NCBI GenBank assembly: GCA_963700285.1
Contig: CAVOXA010000001.1
Location: 1-64,000 of the forward strand
Reading direction: 5' to 3'
DNA length: 64,000 nucleotides
From: an uncultured Chloroflexia bacterium
GTDB taxonomy: Bacteria; Chloroflexota; Anaerolineae; JAAYZQ01
A program made the translations under genes and the position numbers. The notes below the pieces were generated by a model, which worked only from the letters and a program-made list of their open reading frames with translations, made no database searches and was not told where the DNA came from. Shown piece by piece: positions 18,687 to 28,800 of this stretch (positions are counted from its first letter, which is position 1; every line of letters starts with the position of its first letter).

Positions 18687-21401
18687 ATGCTTGACGAAAT
18701 GGCGCTTGGTACAAGCTTCACGCGCATAGAGGAAGAGGTTCGGCGCTTCTGGCGCAGGCGGGAGGTGCCAGAATTAGGCCGCACCGCGCGTCGCGATGGG
18801 CAGCCCTATCTCATCTACCAGGAGCCGCTGGCAGTGGCGGGCCAGGCGTGGATCGACCAGGTGCGATTGTTTTCCACGACCGATCTGCTGGCCCGATATC
18901 GGGCCATGCGCGGCGATGCAGTGCGTCGCCAGATAGGCTGGCTCTGCCATGGTCTGCAAGTTGAGGTTGCCGTGGAACGCTCTCTGGCCGAGGCCGCCGC
19001 GGCTGACACCACGGCACAGCATCATGTACCAGCGACACAGAGCGCCGTCGCACATTTCAACGCTGCCTGTTGGAATGCCACTACCGAAGGGCTGCGCCAG
19101 GGAGAACGCTTGGCCGAGCGTCTAGGAGTATGGAGTGACCCGGCTGGTACCTGCACATCCTGCACAGCCCAGGCTATTGCGGCAGTTTGGGGAGCACTCC
19201 ACAGACTGTGGGGCGCGGGGCAGCTTATCGCTGAACAGGGCGTGGTACCTGTGTGCCCTCGTTGTGCTACTCCTCTTTCGACCTCCGAGTCAGAACTTTC
19301 TACAGTTCAAGTCGAGACCCGTTCCCTCTGGGTTCGTCTTCCTTGGGCAGGCGAACCTGGCGCATATCTGTTGGCTTGGAGCTCTTCCCCGTGGATGCTC
19401 GTTGGTATGGTGGCCCTGGCTGTCCATCCTGATGCCGACTATGCCTTGATTGAGCTTGTCGAGGAAGGTAACAGTCCTTCTGAACGATTGCTCCTTGCCG
19501 AGTATGCCCTCGCCAGTATGCCAACCGGGGGCTATCGGCTTTTGCGACGCCTTCGAGGTAGAACCCTACGCGATACGCAGTACCGTCCCCCTTTCACCTT
19601 CCTGCCTGCTGCTCAAGGTACTGGGCGTGTCATGCTGAGCAAGGATGTACCCCTGGATCGCGGTACCGGGCTGCAGATCTTGACACCTACTTTTGATACC
19701 TCATCGTTTGAGCTGGCCAAGGCCCAGGGCCTTCCCGTGCCTCGACTATTGGACGATGGCGGTATTCTGGACAGTACAGTGATGCGCTGGCGGGGCCTCT
19801 CACCTCTGGATGCCGAGCCCTTGCTCATCGAAGACCTGCGGGCGCGTGGATTGCTGTTCCAGGACACTCCCAGCTCACAGGTTCGCAGACTGTGTCCCTA
19901 CTGCGAGACGCCCCTGTTGCCTCTGGCCCGTGACGTGTGGCAGGTAGTCACGCCGGACGGCCCCTGGGTCATTGGCCGGGATAGGGCTTGGGGCGTTCCC
20001 CTGCCGGTCTGGGTCTGTGAAGACTGTTCGGAACAGGTCTGTGTAGCTGGCTTGGACGATCTGGCCCATCGGACGGGTCTAGATATCCAGCAGATTGACC
20101 TGCACCGCCCGGCGGTAGATGCTGTCACCTTCCCCTGCCCGAGCTGTCGCGGAACGATGCGGCGAGTAGAGCCTGTCGTTGATGCGAGATTTGAAGCATC
20201 TGTGCTCTCCCTTTCCTCATGGCCGTCCGGCAGTCTGATATCTCCTTCGACCGGCTCTTTCGATCCAGCTCGTGGTCAAGAACTCGGCCGGAGCTTGGCG
20301 GTCGGGGTTGGCAAACAAGGTTCTGGTTGGTTGGGCGACCTTGGTCGAACAGCGGTACTCCTGAAAGGACTGCCGATTGCCGATCGGACAGTGGCCCTGC
20401 CCGAGCTGGGCTCGATGGTGCCTTGGGAGCATGGCCGCAATGTCGTGCCAAACGCGCCGGCCGATGCGCTGCGTTGGGCGACCTACATGGGCACCACCCC
20501 GGAACAAGCTGAACAAGGGTTTCTGCTGCCTGTGTGGCAGTTGGCTGCAAACCTCCAGGCAGGTGATGCCCATCCCGTCGAGGAGGAAGTAAAAGATGCC
20601 ACGGATGACCTCCTTGGTCGTTGGTTGAAAGCTTTCTTGCACCAGGCCATCGAGACAATAACCGGAGCCCTGGACACCGGCGATACACACCAGGCGGCTG
20701 GAGTGCTCGCTGGGTTGGTGAATGATCTGTCTACCTGGTACGCGCTCCGTCAGCCTGGTGGCCAAAGGGCAGCAGTTTTGGTCTTGAGCCAGTTGCTCGC
20801 GCCCTTTCTACCTCATTTGGCTGAGGCCATCCATCGTCGGCTTCTCAAGTCAACAGGGGACAGCGTACATCTGGGCGCCTGGCCAGTTCCTGACCCAGCT
20901 TGGGCAGATCCGGAACTGGTAGCCCATATGTCAGAGGTCCAGCGGCTGGCCACCCTTGGAGAGACTGCCCGAGCGCAAGCAGGCATCGGGCCAGACCTTC
21001 CTTTGTGCCATGCGTTTGTTGGCTTGGGCAAGACCAAATCCAGCGGGTTAGAAGCCCTTGCCCCATTCAGAGATCTGCTAGCCGAGATGCTGGGTGTGGA
21101 TCAAGCGCACTTTGAGGGCGAGATGGCGGCGCCCCTGAGGTGGCAGCTCGATCTAGAGGCAGAGGCAGTCCAACGTGGCAATCTACCATCGACGATCCGG
21201 ACGGCTCTTGGTGGATTGAACCCCGAAAGGGCCGCAGAAATGGCTGCGCAGCTTGATGCGGGTCTGAGCGTGGGGCTCGAGATAGAGGAGCAGACTGTCA
21301 CACTGCTGCCTGACGAGGTGAGCATTTCGGTGCGGAGCGAGCCGGGCTGGATTGCCGCCGAAGGCTCTGGGCAGGTTGTCGCCCTGGAGCTCTCCCGTTA
21401 G
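18687..21401 (+). CDS. Divergent IleRS2 paralog lacking HIGH, KMSKS and editing motifs (putative pseudo-synthetase)
   Basis: Collinear with IleRS (GWLCHGLQVE, CPRC, CPYC, RAWGVPLPVWVCEDC, DLHRP.VD..CPSC, DALRW, DLSTWY, LLAPFLPHLAEAI); signature motifs absent. Confidence 0.85.
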   Translation: MLDEMALGTSFTRIEEEVRRFWRRREVPELGRTARRDGQPYLIYQEPLAVAGQAWIDQVRLFSTTDLLARYRAMRGDAVRRQIGWLCHGLQVEVAVERSLAEAAAADTTAQHHVPATQSAVAHFNAACWNATTEGLRQGERLAERLGVWSDPAGTCTSCTAQAIAAVWGALHRLWGAGQLIAEQGVVPVCPRCATPLSTSESELSTVQVETRSLWVRLPWAGEPGAYLLAWSSSPWMLVGMVALAVHPDADYALIELVEEGNSPSERLLLAEYALASMPTGGYRLLRRLRGRTLRDTQYRPPFTFLPAAQGTGRVMLSKDVPLDRGTGLQILTPTFDTSSFELAKAQGLPVPRLLDDGGILDSTVMRWRGLSPLDAEPLLIEDLRARGLLFQDTPSSQVRRLCPYCETPLLPLARDVWQVVTPDGPWVIGRDRAWGVPLPVWVCEDCSEQVCVAGLDDLAHRTGLDIQQIDLHRPAVDAVTFPCPSCRGTMRRVEPVVDARFEASVLSLSSWPSGSLISPSTGSFDPARGQELGRSLAVGVGKQGSGWLGDLGRTAVLLKGLPIADRTVALPELGSMVPWEHGRNVVPNAPADALRWATYMGTTPEQAEQGFLLPVWQLAANLQAGDAHPVEEEVKDATDDLLGRWLKAFLHQAIETITGALDTGDTHQAAGVLAGLVNDLSTWYALRQPGGQRAAVLVLSQLLAPFLPHLAEAIHRRLLKSTGDSVHLGAWPVPDPAWADPELVAHMSEVQRLATLGETARAQAGIGPDLPLCHAFVGLGKTKSSGLEALAPFRDLLAEMLGVDQAHFEGEMAAPLRWQLDLEAEAVQRGNLPSTIRTALGGLNPERAAEMAAQLDAGLSVGLEIEEQTVTLLPDEVSISVRSEPGWIAAEGSGQVVALELSR

Positions 21402-21572
21402 CCGGAGCGAAACTCACTTCAGTCCCCGGGGCCGTCTCGGGGGCCATCTAGCACCAGAAACCGGTCATATGCGATTGCCCTATCCCCAAAGCGAGGGCAA
21501 CTTGCTCATTTTGCCACCTTGCAGTAGAATGTAACCTACTGTTGGCTTGAATAGATTCTGGTAGGAGGTAGA

Positions 21573-21917
21573 ATGGTCGTAAGAAGTCCCGACATGCTCC
21601 GGTCGTTCTTGGAGGATGAGCGGGCGCGACTACGTAAAGTCATCTCCCAGATGGACGCCGAGGGCAAAGTGAACCTTGGTTACGGGAATCACATGGCCGA
21701 TGATGCCAGTGAGGCATTTGAGCAAGCCAAAGATCTGGCCTTGCGTCAAAATGCTGAACAGTTGCTGGAACAGGTTGACGACGCGCTCGTCCGCTTCGAT
21801 CAAGGAACCTTTGGAATCTGCGAACAATGCGGTACCGAGATCGATCCGGCGCGGCTCAAGGCGCTGCCCTATGTGACATATTGCCTTCACTGCCAGCAGC
21901 GGCTTGACGCCCAATAG
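21573..21917 (+). CDS. TraR/DksA C4-type zinc finger protein
   Basis: NHMADDAS, GTFGICEQCG.EI..ARLKALPY..YCLHC. Confidence 0.9.
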   Translation: MVVRSPDMLRSFLEDERARLRKVISQMDAEGKVNLGYGNHMADDASEAFEQAKDLALRQNAEQLLEQVDDALVRFDQGTFGICEQCGTEIDPARLKALPYVTYCLHCQQRLDAQ

Positions 21918-21929
21918 GCACGGGGCAAT

Positions 21930-22490
21930 TTGCGATCCAAACATCGAATTAGAAACTGGGCCGTGCTCGTTGGGCTGACCTTGCTCCTTTTGGCTTTGGA
22001 CCAGGGCAGCAAGTGGCTTGTCCGGCAGAACCTGGCATTTGGCGAGGCCTGGGCGCCGGTTCCTGCCCTCTCGAGGTTCTTTACAGTTACGCATGTGCAG
22101 AACACGGGGGTAGCCTTTGGTCAGATGCCTGGCCTGGGTTGGCTCTTCCTGCTCGTGAACGTGGGCGTGGCGGTCGGGATCTTGATCTACTATTCCCGTA
22201 TTCCCCAGGGACAGTGGCTTTTGCGCTTGGCCTCGGCCCTGATCCTCGCTGGGGCCCTGGGCAATATGATCGATCGTGTGCGGACGACGTACCTGGCCGC
22301 GCCTATCACGGGCAGCATCTGGAGCGCGTTGCCTCTGGCCTACGTTACCGATTTCGTGGATGTCAAGATCTGGCCTGTTTGGAATATCGCTGATATGTGC
22401 GTCGTGAGCGGGGTCGCGATCCTGGCCTGGACGTTGTGGCGGGGGGAGAGGGCCGCATTGGCCAAACAAGCAATGACCAATGACCAATGA
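21930..22490 (+). CDS. lspA: Lipoprotein signal peptidase II
   Basis: LDQGSK, NTGVAFG, GALGNMIDR, VTDF, WNIAD; downstream of ileS as is common. Confidence 0.93.
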   Translation: MRSKHRIRNWAVLVGLTLLLLALDQGSKWLVRQNLAFGEAWAPVPALSRFFTVTHVQNTGVAFGQMPGLGWLFLLVNVGVAVGILIYYSRIPQGQWLLRLASALILAGALGNMIDRVRTTYLAAPITGSIWSALPLAYVTDFVDVKIWPVWNIADMCVVSGVAILAWTLWRGERAALAKQAMTNDQ

Positions 22491-22561
22491 GCAGTGGCTG
22501 ACAGGATATGTCTGGCGAGGAGGTCTGAAACAACCGGGGTTATCACCCCGGTTTTTCGTGT

Positions 22562-23509
22562 ATGACTATGAGCTTGCGACAGATTGAACTGCAGGTCAGT
22601 ACCGGAGGAAGCCGGCTGGACCGGTTCCTGGCCGAACAAGTCCCGGAGCTTTCTCGCTCGGCAGCGCAACGGCTGATTGATGGTGGAAAAGTCGCTGTGA
22701 ACGGGGAACTGCTAAAGGCCAGCTACAAGGTCAAGCCGGGCGATCTGGTGGTGGCCTTTCTGCCTGGGATGGAAGAAACTGAGCTGCTGGCCGAACCCAT
22801 CCCACTCACTGTCGTCTATGAGGATGATGCCCTGATCGTAGTGGACAAGCCGCCGGGAATGGTGGTTCACCCTGCTCCGGGCCACACCGGTGGGACACTG
22901 GTCAATGCTTTGTTGGCCTATTGTCCTGAGCTGGCCGGTAGTGGCAACAGGCCAGGCATTGTCCATCGCCTGGACCAGGACACGTCCGGGTTAATCCTGG
23001 TGGCCAAGAGTGAGAAGGTCCGGCGAGGGCTACAACAGCAGTTCAAGGATCGGCAGGTGGAAAAGGCCTACCTGACTCTGCTGGATGGCCACCTGCAGCC
23101 GGCCTGGGGACGGATTGAGGCGCCCCTTGGCCGCGATCCACGCCACCGGCAGCGGATGTCCGTCCTCCCTGGCGGGCGCGAGGCTGAAACAGAGTACCAC
23201 GTGCTGGAGCAGTATGCTCACCAGACCGGAGTGGTGGCCGGTGACTATGCCCTGGTTGAAGCCGAGCCCAGGACAGGGCGTACCCACCAGATCCGTGTCC
23301 ATTTTGCCTCAATTGGCCATCCCGTGGTAGGGGATTCAGTATATGGCCGCCGTCGCCCACAACTGCCTGTACCCCGGCAGTTCCTCCATGCCTGGCGGCT
23401 GGGATTCAAGCACCCAACCACCGGGCGGCGTATAAACCTGGAGACGCCTCTGCCGCCAGATCTATCGCCGGTGCTGGAATTGTTGAGGAAGGGCATCCAG
23501 CCAATCTGA
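22562..23509 (+). CDS. RluA/RluD family pseudouridine synthase
   Basis: S4 domain RLDRFL, HRLDQDTSG, TGRTHQIRVH, QFLHA. Confidence 0.93.
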   Translation: MTMSLRQIELQVSTGGSRLDRFLAEQVPELSRSAAQRLIDGGKVAVNGELLKASYKVKPGDLVVAFLPGMEETELLAEPIPLTVVYEDDALIVVDKPPGMVVHPAPGHTGGTLVNALLAYCPELAGSGNRPGIVHRLDQDTSGLILVAKSEKVRRGLQQQFKDRQVEKAYLTLLDGHLQPAWGRIEAPLGRDPRHRQRMSVLPGGREAETEYHVLEQYAHQTGVVAGDYALVEAEPRTGRTHQIRVHFASIGHPVVGDSVYGRRRPQLPVPRQFLHAWRLGFKHPTTGRRINLETPLPPDLSPVLELLRKGIQPI

Positions 23510-23534
23510 TTCATCGCCCCCAGGAGCAAGCAGC

Positions 23535-23567
23535 AAAAGACCCCCGCCATCGCGGAGGTCTTTTTTT
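23535..23567. terminator. Bidirectional Rho-independent terminator
   Basis: AAAAGACCCCCG..CGGAGGTCTTTTTTT between convergent genes. Confidence 0.7.
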
Positions 23568-23595
23568 ATGCGCAGCTTATTCTGCATCCTAATGA

Positions 23596-24498
23596 CTATC
23601 CCTTGAGCGAGCCAGCCATCAGGCCCCGTACAAAGTACCGACCCAAGAGTATGTACACCACCAGGGTGGGAATGGCCGCGATCAAGGCCCCGGCCATCTG
23701 TACGTTCCACTCGACGATCATGCTGCCGGCCAGGTTGTTCAGGGCCACGGTGATAGGCTGAAGATCGGGATTGCCAATCACGGTGACGGCAAAGAGAAAA
23801 TCGTTCCAGATCTGGGTGAACTGCCAGATCATGACCACCACAAAGCCCGGCACCGATAGGGGAAAGAGCACGTACCAGTAGATGCCAAAGATATTGGCCC
23901 CGTCGATGCGCGAAGCTTCGATCAGTTCGGTTGGAACTGCGGCATAGTAGTTGCGAAAGATCAGTGTGGTGATAGAGATGCCATAGATGACGTGGCAGGC
24001 GATGAGGCCGGGCATGGTTCCCGACAGGCCAACGGCGCTCAACACCTGCATCAGGGGGATGAGGATGCTCTGGTAGGGGATGAACATGCCGAAAAGCAAA
24101 AAAATAAAAAGGATATCCGACCCCCGGAACTTCCACTTGGTCAGCAGGTAGCCGTTGATGGAGCCGATCATGGCCGAGATGATCGTGGCCGGGATGGTAA
24201 GCTATAGGCTGTTGACAAAGTTCTTGCCCAGGCCACCAAATGCTGCCAGCCCACCAAACCCCTCTGCCGCCTCGCCACCCGTCCAGGCTTTGACAAAACT
24301 GTCAAGGCTGATACTGGAGGGCAGGTTCCACATCGTGGACAGGCTGACCTCGTCAAAGCTCTTCAGTCCGGTGACGAGCAGAACATAGACGGGGATCAGA
24401 TAGAATACGGCAAAGCCAATGAGGACAAGATAGAGCAACACGCGGGTCCAGCGGATCCCTTTCAAGCCCCTGCCTAGCTGATCAATCTGAGCGCTCAT
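23596..24498 (-). CDS. Carbohydrate ABC transporter permease (MalG-like), frameshift near 24200
   Basis: [14 protein letters not shown] loop, [11 protein letters not shown]; N-terminus in ORF 24202-24498. Confidence 0.85.
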
Positions 24499-25488
24499 AG
24501 TTCGTCCTCCGTGGTGGTGGTGGTCCGTGCCAGGTAGGGTACGATGAGAACCGCGACCAGGACGAGCAAGACGATGGCGATGGCAGCGCCCCGGTTAAAG
24601 CGATTGCCCTCGAAAGGTCGTCTCCCACATAAAGTAGGCCGGTACATCGGTGGCAAAACCTGGGCCGGGCCCCGTCATGGCCACCACCAGGTCATAGATC
24701 TTGAGCGAGATGTGGCCCAGGATGATGACCGCGGCCAGCGTGACGGGCCGCAGCAGCGGCCAGATGACGTGGCGCGTGATCTGCCACTCTGTGGCGCCAT
24801 CCACCCGCGCGGCCTCGCGCAGCTCGTCGGGGATGGCCCGCAGGCCGGCCAGGTACATGGCCATGGTGTAGCCCGACATCTGCCAGGTCGCGGCCAGGAC
24901 GAGGGAGAGGATGGCCGCCGACATGCCAAAGTTGGGGTTGGCCAGCCCGCCAAGCCCTATACTCTGTAGAAACTGGCCCATGGCTGACCCGGGGCTGATA
25001 TGAAACACAGTAGGATCGGTGAACCAACCCCATTTCAAAAAACCCAGGCCAAGCTTCTCGAGGAGCAGGTTCACCCCCGTGGCGCCCCCCACAACTGTGC
25101 CCGGGTTCAGCAGCCAGCGCCAGGCAACACCAGTGACGATGAAGGAGATAGCCATTGGGAACAGATAGATGCCGCGGAAAATCCCCTCCCCGCGAATGCC
25201 CTGATCGAGCAGCATGGCCAGGAGGAAGCCGATCGAAAGACAGCCGCCCAGGAACAGGATCATGAAGGTGACGGTGTTGCGCATGTCGATCTGGAACCGG
25301 GGATGGGCAAAGAGCGACTGGTAGTTGCTCAGCCCCACATAGCTAAAGTCGGGCACCAGGGTCTTCCAGTTGCTGAGCGACGTGTAGCCGGTGAAGCCAA
25401 TAAAGGCGTAGATAAAGATTGCGACGGCAATGACGGAGGGGGCCAGCAGCAGGACTGCGACCGTCCGTTCCCAATTCCAGCGGGCCAT
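24495..25488 (-). CDS. Carbohydrate ABC transporter permease (MalF-like), frameshift near 24615
   Basis: [26 protein letters not shown]. Confidence 0.87.
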
Positions 25489-25765
25489 ATGTACCTCTCT
25501 ACAGAAACCCTGGGGTTGCAACCGACTGCGTCGTTGCGAATTCATCCATGGCGTGCAGCGCCACTCTTTGGAATGACGGCCGAATCTGTCAGCGCGCGGA
25601 GCGGCGGCGACCAGGTGGCTCCCATCTGATCAAGTGGAGATTGACTTTCCTCGATAGACTCGGGACTGGTGCTGAGGCTCGCAGGAACAGGATCGATGCT
25701 ACTAGAACTGATCCATGGCGCGGGACGCCAGTCTTCACGTCAGCAGATCGTCCCTAGAGAAGCTA

Positions 25766-25842
25766 TCATCCTGAGCACCAGCGAAGGATCTCGGCTGAGC
25801 AGGTGGAGATTCTTCACTCCGCTGCGCTCCGTTCAGAATGAC
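25766..25842. repeat. REP-like palindromic element
   Basis: TCATCCTGAGC..GAAGGATCTC / GAGATTCTTC..TCAGAATGAC; homologous to 5085-5183. Confidence 0.75.
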
Positions 25843-26003
25843 AATGCCTTGGTTCTCTCATAACATCAACGAAGCACCGCCACGAATACTCGCGGTAGGA
25901 ATCCCCAGGTGGATTAAGGAGGACTGGTGCATCGTACGCACATCGCGGTGCATTTCTCGAAACGGCGCAGCACGCAAGTGCTGGCAGCAACAGCCCAAGC
26001 GGA

Positions 26004-26033
26004 GGCGAGGCAACCCTTAGGGGCTGCCTCGCC
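26004..26033 (-). terminator. Stem-loop after substrate-binding gene (mRNA stabiliser or attenuator)
   Basis: GGCGAGGCAACCC-TTAG-GGGCTGCCTCGCC. Confidence 0.55.
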
Positions 26034-26050
26034 GGAACAAACCTAGTCCG

Positions 26051-27589
26051 TTACTGGCAGATCCCCGCGTCCACGCAGGACTGCTGCAGGGCTGTCTGGG
26101 TGCCGGCCACGTCGCCACTGGTCAGGAACAAGGTCACCAGATCCGTGATGTCAGTGACCCACGACTCGTAAGGCTGCCGCGCCGTGGGCCACGCTGGGCA
26201 CGATGGCGTCCTGGCCCCAGTCAACCATGGCCGACTGCAGGTAGGCGTTGAACAGCGCGGGATCGCAGTCGGTGCGGGCGCAGATGGAGCCCTTCTGCGG
26301 GTTGAAGGCTTCTTGACCCTCCAGCGAGCCGCAGACCTTGAGCCAGTTCTGGGCGTTCTCCGGGTTGGGCGCCTCTGTCGGCAGCGAGAAGCTGTCGGAC
26401 AGGGCGACAAAGATGCCCTCGGTGCCCGGAGACGGCGCCCAGCCATAGTCGGTGAAGCCCTTGGAGGTGAACCAGCCGTCGGTCCAGTCGCCCATGATCA
26501 ACATGGCCGCCTGTGCCGTCGACGAGGTTCTGGGCTGCGCCTGCCCAAGTCCAGAGCTGGATAGTCGGCGTTGGCATAGCTGACCATCATCTTAAAGTTC
26601 TCCAGCGCCAGCGGTCGACGCACTCGTCCGGTCCAGGGTACGGATCCGTCCCACAGGCCGCGGTACTTGTCAGCACCGCAGCGTGCCGGCCAGTACATCC
26701 TCCAGGGTATGTACGGCTTCCCAGGCATCCGCGTTGCCCAAGAGCGAAGGGCGCGATGCCCGCAGCCTTGAGTGCCTCTGACACGGTAGCAAACTCCTCA
26801 AAGGTGGTCGGCGGCTGTACGCCAGCCTTGTCCATGAGCGCTCTTGTTGTACCACAGCACGTTGGAGCGGTGGATGTTGACCGGGACGCCCCAGTAGTGG
26901 CCGCCGTAGGCCTTGAGCAGTGTCAGCAGGTCTGCCGGGAAGGCCTGCTCCAGCCCCTCGGAGGCATAGATGTCGTCGACGGGCGCCAGGTACTGCTCGG
27001 GGCTGTAGCCCTCGACCTCCAGGCCGGCGTGAAGCTGGAAGGTGTCAGCCGGATCGCCGGCGATGAGCCGGGTCTTGTTCACGGCCTTAAAGTTGCTGCC
27101 CGCGCCGCCAGCCACGGTGGCGTTCACGATCTCGACGTCCGGATACATTCTCTTCGTAGATCTTGAACATGCCGGCCAGGCCCTCGGCCTCGCCACCGGC
27201 CGTCCACCAACTGCCGACCACGAGCTGGCCTCCCTCGCCGCCCGCGAAAGAGCATCTCGGGCTTGCCAGGATCATAGTTGGCCAGGAAGGCTTCGCGCAT
27301 CCTCAGCCGACGGCACGCAGAGCGACCATGCCGACGACGATCAGGTCCGCGTTGTCGATCTTGTCATACTTGTCCGAGTCGGCCTGCGGCTGCTTTGTTG
27401 TTCCAGGCCATGATGGCCGGCCAGGACTGGACGTTGCCCAGATACTTGTCGGCGTACTTGGAGAGCCAGTCGTCCTTCTGTACCGTAACTTCCTCGGCGC
27501 AGACAACGCCCTCCTGGGCGCTGGCTAGCCAGGGGCACCAGGGCCAGGACCAGCAGTACGAGAATTGTAAGACCAAACACTTTCTTCAT
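26051..27589 (-). CDS. Sugar (glucose-type) ABC substrate-binding protein with N-terminal LysM-like domain; multiple frameshifts
   Basis: Fragments: signal MKKVFGLTILVLL, TVQKDDWLSKYADKYLG, SWWTAGGEAEGL, NATVAGGAG, DTFQLHAG, VPVNIHRSNVLWYNK, IMGDW, LSDSFSLP. Confidence 0.8.
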
Positions 27590-27758
27590 CGAGAATTCTC
27601 CCTTCCTTTTGTCTATGGATTGACTTCCTACCGCTCGACAGCAGACAGATCCCTCAGCACGTGGTTGCGATACCCTGCCTCCTTTCTCTTTGTTCCCGTG
27701 GCCTCTCAGCGCTTTCCCCAGCCCTCTTTCGTGCCGGGGATGGAGTTTGGAGAGTGGC

Positions 27759-28778
27759 CTATTTGGATCGGGCGCAGCGGAAGCCCAGGTCGTCGTTGAT
27801 CGTCTCGTCCGGGACGCCACAGTTGCGATTGAAGGTCGTGGCTTGTGGTTCGTCGTCGAACCAGCCCCCGCCGCGGGTCACCCGGCATTGTTCGCCATAG
27901 TAGCGGTCACCGGCCGTGTTGCCCGGGTAAGCCTGGTACCAATCGCCCGTCCACTCCCAGGCATTGCCCACCATGTCCTCCACCCCATAGGGGCTGGCGC
28001 CCGCGCCAAAACTCCCCACCACAGCCGTGCTGCGCAGGCCGGTCTCTTTGACGTTCGCTTTACCCGGATCCCACTCATTGCCCCACGGGTAGCGCAGGCC
28101 CTCCGCGCCCCGGGCTGCCTTCTCCCACTCGGCTTCGGTGGGCAGGCGCTTCCCGGCCCATTCGCAATAGGCAACCGCGTCGTTCCACGTCACCCTGACC
28201 ACCGGATGGGCTTCCCTTCCCTCCTTGAAAGCATCGCGCCAACTCTGCTTCCCCTGCTTCTCTCCGTCAGCCTGGTAGCCGGTGGCATCGACAAAGACGG
28301 CAAAGTCCGCGTTCGTTACCTCGAATTTGTCGATCTCGTAGGTGGGCAGATCGACTTCGTGCGCGGGCCGGTCTTCACGACCGCCATCGTCACTGCCCAT
28401 GACAAACGGACCTGCCGGAATCTCGATCATGGTATCCGTCACGGCCTGCAATGGAGGGCTCGTGGGCGATGGCACTTCTGTAGGCGGCTCTGTTGGTGCG
28501 CCTGCTGGCGCCTCCGTGGCGGTCGGCTCCGGCTCAGGGGTTTCTGTCGGCTCCGCAGTTGGTTGGGATGTCGGTGTAGGCGGAGGAGGCACCGGGGTGT
28601 TGGTCGGCAGTACCATCGCCTCCGCTGCCTGGGGCAAAGGGGTCTTGAACTCGACGGACTCCTGCTCCACCGCGGTTAGGGCCGTGTCTTCCGGCTTGTC
28701 CGCAGAGCCGCAAGCAGCCAGAAGCAGGGCCAGGATACACAAAAGAACAACCAGTTTTCTCATCTTCCTATCTCCCAT
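27759..28778 (-). CDS. FGE-sulfatase (SUMF1) domain lipoprotein with Pro/Thr linker
   Basis: Lipobox LAAC; FEVTNADF, HPVVRVTWNDAVAYC, RLPTEAEWEKAARG, GNAWEW, GFRC. Confidence 0.88.
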   Translation of the reverse strand: MGDRKMRKLVVLLCILALLLAACGSADKPEDTALTAVEQESVEFKTPLPQAAEAMVLPTNTPVPPPPTPTSQPTAEPTETPEPEPTATEAPAGAPTEPPTEVPSPTSPPLQAVTDTMIEIPAGPFVMGSDDGGREDRPAHEVDLPTYEIDKFEVTNADFAVFVDATGYQADGEKQGKQSWRDAFKEGREAHPVVRVTWNDAVAYCEWAGKRLPTEAEWEKAARGAEGLRYPWGNEWDPGKANVKETGLRSTAVVGSFGAGASPYGVEDMVGNAWEWTGDWYQAYPGNTAGDRYYGEQCRVTRGGGWFDDEPQATTFNRNCGVPDETINDDLGFRCARSK

Positions 28779-28800
28779 TACAGTTTGGTCAAGACCGAGA

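Noticed and set aside
22471-22490. CAATGAC x3 heptamer at the end of lspA
   Set aside because: Too short to assign a function; likely a simple slippage repeat
25490-26050. Hidden ORF or sRNA between the SBP and permease genes
   Set aside because: Only palindrome remnants and short ORFs without RBS or motifs; no supportable gene
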